From positions 96,001 to 160,000 of IMG/VR virus record IMGVR_UViG_3300028888_000044: a stretch of 64,000 bases of DNA; one strand, written 5' to 3'. Numbering within the stretch: the first letter of the stretch is position 1; every line of letters starts with the position of its first letter. Position numbers and translations under genes: made by a program. Source of the DNA: a virus. Lineage: Duplodnaviria > Heunggongvirae > Uroviricota > Caudoviricetes. Of the stretch, positions 59,863 to 64,000 are shown piece after piece. Below the pieces are notes generated by a model. That model searched no databases. It had not been told where the DNA came from and saw only the letters and a program-made list of their open reading frames with translations.

Positions 59863-59904
59863 AATTTTGGCTATCATACATTTAGGTTTGGTAGCCAATT
59901 TTTT
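59863..59904 (+). terminator. Putative terminator hairpin
   Basis: ttggctatca / tggtagccaa followed by a T tract. Confidence 0.6.
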
Positions 59905-60008
59905 GTAAAATTTTTAGTAATTTTTTTTCATTTTTGTATACTAATTATGTTTACAAACGTTTGTAAAAGGAAAAAAATAAACAAAATATTACGTACAACA
60001 AAAGAAAT

Positions 60009-62453
60009 ATGAAAGTAGTTAAGAGAAACGGAAGCGAAGAGGATTTTTCGTTGGAAAAGATTGAAAACGCATTAAAAAATGCAAATTCCACTGTTCAAGA
60101 TGACCAAAAGATGGATGAAGAGTCATTGCAGAAGGTCATCAAAACCGTATTGAAGAAACTTGAGGGCTTTAATACAATCAGCGCTGAAGACATCAACAGT
60201 TTTGTAGAATCTGCTCTTGTAAGGCACAACAAATATCAGATTGAAAAGAATTACATACTATATAGGGAAAAGAAGAAGAATGATAAGAAGTTCACCCCAG
60301 ATGAAGAAAAAATTCTTGCATTGGTAGATGGAAATTCTGAATTGAGAGGTGATAATGCCAACAAGCACATTGATGACAATGGTTCAATCAGAGATTATGT
60401 AGCTGGTATCATTTGCAAGACAATGGCTGAAAAGATGCTTCCAAACGACATCATTACAGCTCATAAGCAAGGGCTTATACATTGGCACGATATGGATTAT
60501 AGCCCATTACAACCAGAACACAATTGTGACTTGATTAATGCTGAAGATATGTTGACAAATACGTTTGTTATGGGTGACACATTGATTGAACCAAACGATG
60601 AGACACCATTCAGAACAGCTTGCAACCTTTTGGCACAAATAAATCTTATAGTAAGTGGCAGACAATATGGTGGGCAGACCGTTTCATGGGCGCATTTACT
60701 TCCATTTATTGCAAATTCAAGAAGAATTATCAGAAAAGAGGTTTTAGCTGATATTGAAAAATACAACGGAAACTTGTCTGATGATGAGATAAACAAAATA
60801 GTAGAGGATAAGTTAAGGGAAGAAATCAAGGAGGGTGTTAAGACATATCAATATCAGATTTTATGCCACCAGAGTTCAAACGGACAGACACCTTTCGTAT
60901 CTAACAACCTTTGCTTGAGAGAGGCAGAAACACAGCAAGAGCTTGACGATTTTGCAATATTGATTGAAGAAATATTCAAGCGCAGAATCAAGGGTATCAA
61001 GGACAAGAACGGACATTATACTACCCCATTGTTCCCAAAGCTTCTCTATTGGATTACAGATGGTGTTAACTACAAGGAGGGTGAACCATACTTCTACCTT
61101 ACACGTCTTGCAGCAGAATGCAACGCATACAGAATGCAACCAGATATTGTTTCTGATAAGGAAACAAGAAGAGTAAAGCAAGGACAGATAATTCCATCAA
61201 TGGGATGCAGAAGCTTGTTAGGCCCTATTTGGGAGGAACATACATATCCAATTGATACAAAGTTCTATTGGGTTGAAGGTGTTGGAACATACCCATATGG
61301 TACATTTGTTGCAAAGAGGTCGTTCGAGTCTGTTGAAAACGGTGAATATCCAAGTGGATATGAAAACGGTAGATATTCAATCAATTTCAGAGGAAACACT
61401 GGTTGGCTCGTAAAGAAGACAGATACAGAAGTTACAATCAAGAAGCCAATCGTTTATGGACGTTGGAATAATGGTGTCGTAACAATCAATATACCACACG
61501 TTGCACTTGAAGCAAAGCAAGAGGGAAGAGACTTCTTTGAGGTATTCGATGAAAGGTTGGCTCTTTGCAGAAGGGCTTTGCAGATAAGGTATGAAAGGTG
61601 CAAGGAAATCAAGGCTATGAACTCTTCAATATTGTGGCAATATGGCGCATTGGCAAGATTGAAACCAGAACAGACTGTTGGTGACTTGATGAAGATGTAT
61701 CCCACACGTTCTACTATCAGTATCGGTTATGTAGGATTGTATGAAACTTGTGAAGCAATCATCGGTGAATCTAACACAACTGAAAAAGGTAGGGCATTTA
61801 CCAAGAAGATTATGGAATATATGAATGAAAAGGTTGCACAGTGGAAGAAGGAGGATGGTATCAACTACGCTATCTATGGTACACCAGAAGAAACATTGAC
61901 ATACAAGTTTGCAATGGCAAACAGAAGGGATTTCGGACTTATACCAAAGATTACTGACAAGGATTATGTAGTTAACAGCTACCACGTAGACCCACGTGAG
62001 ACTATCGATGCATTTACAAAGCTTGATATTGAAGGTGAATTCTTGGCATTGTCAGCTGGTGGTGCAATTTCATATATTGAAACTGGTGACTTGACACACA
62101 ATGTCGATGTAATTGTAAAGATTATCCAATGGATGGCAGACCATATATTGTACGCAGAAATAAACAGAATCATCGGTGTTTGCTATGATTGTGGATATGA
62201 AGGCAAGATGGAACTTGTCAAGACAACTGATGGAAAGTTCAAGTTTATCTGTCCTAATTGTGGTAACAGTGATGATAATAAGATGAATGTAAAGGGACGC
62301 TTGTGCGGCTATCTTGGGGAAATAAATGCAGGTAATACAAACAAGGGTAGATTGGACGATATTTACAATCGAGTAATTCATCTGGACTGTTATGATGAAT
62401 GTGCTGTACAGCCAATTATGGAAGAGTTGTACAGTTTAAAAATGAACGAGTAA
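60009..62453 (+). CDS. nrdD: Anaerobic (class III) ribonucleoside-triphosphate reductase
   Basis: ATP cone MKVVKRNG, IHWHD, SMGCRS, GVVTIN, YGTPEE, NSYHV, CxxC...CPNCG and the glycyl-radical loop RLCGYLG. Confidence 0.95.
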   Translation: MKVVKRNGSEEDFSLEKIENALKNANSTVQDDQKMDEESLQKVIKTVLKKLEGFNTISAEDINSFVESALVRHNKYQIEKNYILYREKKKNDKKFTPDEEKILALVDGNSELRGDNANKHIDDNGSIRDYVAGIICKTMAEKMLPNDIITAHKQGLIHWHDMDYSPLQPEHNCDLINAEDMLTNTFVMGDTLIEPNDETPFRTACNLLAQINLIVSGRQYGGQTVSWAHLLPFIANSRRIIRKEVLADIEKYNGNLSDDEINKIVEDKLREEIKEGVKTYQYQILCHQSSNGQTPFVSNNLCLREAETQQELDDFAILIEEIFKRRIKGIKDKNGHYTTPLFPKLLYWITDGVNYKEGEPYFYLTRLAAECNAYRMQPDIVSDKETRRVKQGQIIPSMGCRSLLGPIWEEHTYPIDTKFYWVEGVGTYPYGTFVAKRSFESVENGEYPSGYENGRYSINFRGNTGWLVKKTDTEVTIKKPIVYGRWNNGVVTINIPHVALEAKQEGRDFFEVFDERLALCRRALQIRYERCKEIKAMNSSILWQYGALARLKPEQTVGDLMKMYPTRSTISIGYVGLYETCEAIIGESNTTEKGRAFTKKIMEYMNEKVAQWKKEDGINYAIYGTPEETLTYKFAMANRRDFGLIPKITDKDYVVNSYHVDPRETIDAFTKLDIEGEFLALSAGGAISYIETGDLTHNVDVIVKIIQWMADHILYAEINRIIGVCYDCGYEGKMELVKTTDGKFKFICPNCGNSDDNKMNVKGRLCGYLGEINAGNTNKGRLDDIYNRVIHLDCYDECAVQPIMEELYSLKMNE

Positions 62454-62458
62454 ATATT

Positions 62459-64000
62459 ATGAAAAAAAAAGTTGAAGAACCTATTAAAATCGTTACATAT
62501 GAGGATTTAAAGGATATAATTGGCTATCATCCTTGTCAAGAGATTACATTTATTTGCGAGAAATGCAACAAGATTGTTACTAAAAGTTTAGCGGCAGTTA
62601 GAAAGAGGGGTTTATTATGCCAGAAATGCCAACGAGATTTGAATGGAATTAAAAAATATGGTTCTGAGGAAAAGTTTAAACAGCATCTACAAGATGTTAG
62701 AGTTAAGTCATTAAACACGTTAATAGAAAAATATGGCTCTATTGATGAAGCATATAAACATCGTGTAGATGCATATAAAAAAACTTGTTTGGAAAAATAT
62801 GGTGTTGATAATTCCTCTAAAAGGCAAGAATTTAAAGATTATTTGAAATTAAACAACCCAATTTTCAAAGATGAATATAAAGAGAAAGCCAAACAATCAT
62901 ACACTAGAGAGAAACATATTGCGGCAGCTAGAAAAGTATCTGAATATATGAAGGAAAATGATTTATATAAAATTAATGCAAAAAAATGTGCCGAAACAAA
63001 GTTGGCTCGTTATGGAAACAGTGCTTATACAAATCATGAACAATCAGAAGTGACAATGTTGTCAAAGTATGGTGTAAAAAGTGGGCTTAATATTGCAATA
63101 CAAAAAAGAATAAAACAGATTGCAGATGATGGTTATGTAACAATTGGTGAATTAAGTGAAACTTATGGTTATTATCCAGAAGGTATAGAAATTATATTAA
63201 AAGAAAATAAAATACCAATAAAAGTATATGGTAATTGGAGGTGTGCATTAAGAAACAGTTTACCAACTGATTTTGAAGAAATCATACATAATCATAGATT
63301 TTCATATAGAAGCAATGGCGAAAAAGAAATGTATGATTTTGTGAAAAGCCTTGATGAAACAGCTATTAACAATGATAGAACCATATTAAAACCCAAGGAA
63401 TTGGATATTTTCGTCCCATCAAAAAATATAGCTATTGAGTTCGATGGATTATTTTGGCATAAAGATGAAAATTTGCTCATAAAGACAAATCAATGTGCTG
63501 ATAAAGGGATTAGACTTTTACATTTTTATGAAGACGAATGGGAATATAAAAAGGATATTTGCAAATCCATTATTTCGTCTGCTTTAGGAATATTTGAGCA
63601 ACGTGTGTATGCTAGAAAGTGTAAAATTAAAAATTTATCAACTGATGAATATAATAATTTTTTAGATAATAATCATATACAAGGTTTTATTAACACGCCT
63701 ATACGAATAGGTTTATTTTATAATGAAGAATTAATTCAATGCATAGGTATTGGTAAATCAAGGTATTCGGCAGATGAATTTGAATTATATCGTATGTGTA
63801 CAAAATTAAATCATCAAGTTATTGGTGGATTTAGTAAATTACTAAAACATTTATGTAAATATTATAATATCAATATTTTATATTCATATGTTGATAGAAG
63901 ATTATTTGATGGTAACGGATATAAAAAAATTGGTTTTTCAATCTTAAAAGAAACAAAACCTTCTTATTTTTATTTTAAGAATTTAAAAAGGGAAAATCGT
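62459..64000 (+). CDS. Homing-endonuclease-like protein, paralog of 17505..19196 (3'-truncated; absent from the ORF track)
   Basis: Manual translation from the ATG at 62459 gives CEKC...CQKC, KTCLEKYGV, ELDIFVP, IEFDGLFWH, HFYEDEW, VYARKC, HIQG, GGFSKLL and YVDRR. Confidence 0.75.
   Translation, partial: MKKKVEEPIKIVTYEDLKDIIGYHPCQEITFICEKCNKIVTKSLAAVRKRGLLCQKCQRDLNGIKKYGSEEKFKQHLQDVRVKSLNTLIEKYGSIDEAYKHRVDAYKKTCLEKYGVDNSSKRQEFKDYLKLNNPIFKDEYKEKAKQSYTREKHIAAARKVSEYMKENDLYKINAKKCAETKLARYGNSAYTNHEQSEVTMLSKYGVKSGLNIAIQKRIKQIADDGYVTIGELSETYGYYPEGIEIILKENKIPIKVYGNWRCALRNSLPTDFEEIIHNHRFSYRSNGEKEMYDFVKSLDETAINNDRTILKPKELDIFVPSKNIAIEFDGLFWHKDENLLIKTNQCADKGIRLLHFYEDEWEYKKDICKSIISSALGIFEQRVYARKCKIKNLSTDEYNNFLDNNHIQGFINTPIRIGLFYNEELIQCIGIGKSRYSADEFELYRMCTKLNHQVIGGFSKLLKHLCKYYNINILYSYVDRRLFDGNGYKKIGFSILKETKPSYFYFKNLKRENR

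Noticed and set aside
61225-61450. Intein or group I intron in nrdD
   Set aside because: The frame is uninterrupted, there is no C/S...HN splice signature, and the segment is too short.
1-64000. Stop-codon reassignment (TAG=Gln) as in Lak and some crAss-like phages
   Set aside because: Long genes are intact under the standard code and coding density is already high. The in-frame TAG-AAA-ATG junction at 46881-46889 alone is not sufficient evidence.
1-64000. tRNA or rRNA genes
   Set aside because: The intergenic gaps are short AT-rich terminator or promoter regions with no cloverleaf or T-loop (GTTCRA) context seen; tRNAscan-SE would confirm.

Overview
This window is an AT-rich, gene-dense segment of a large (jumbo-type) myovirus genome with T4-superfamily gene content, read in the standard genetic code. 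The host is probably Bacteroidota, since TAnnTTTG promoter elements are present and there are no Shine-Dalgarno motifs (inference). From left to right it holds: two fibre-like repeat proteins; a reverse-strand block with a triple-domain glycosyltransferase and an intein-containing SNF2 helicase; neck and tail-completion genes; two paralogous tail sheath genes flanking an accessory island; and a tail assembly chaperone pair, tape measure, baseplate proteins and a 2298-aa hub/lysin. A replication module follows (gp32-like SSB, thymidine kinase, RecA/UvsX, 5'-3' exonuclease, DnaB-like helicase, NrdD), interrupted by reverse-strand single-gene cassettes. The best candidate for an undescribed system is a dispersed set of unrelated enzyme-like genes: two kinase-like proteins, an ADP-ribosyltransferase-like protein, a WG-repeat protein and small proteins. 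They share a basic N-terminal leader ending in [IL]-x-E and lie behind a common TATTTAT promoter-like motif, which suggests capsid-packaged, protease-matured, injected effector cargo. All family assignments come from motif recognition by eye; no database search was run.
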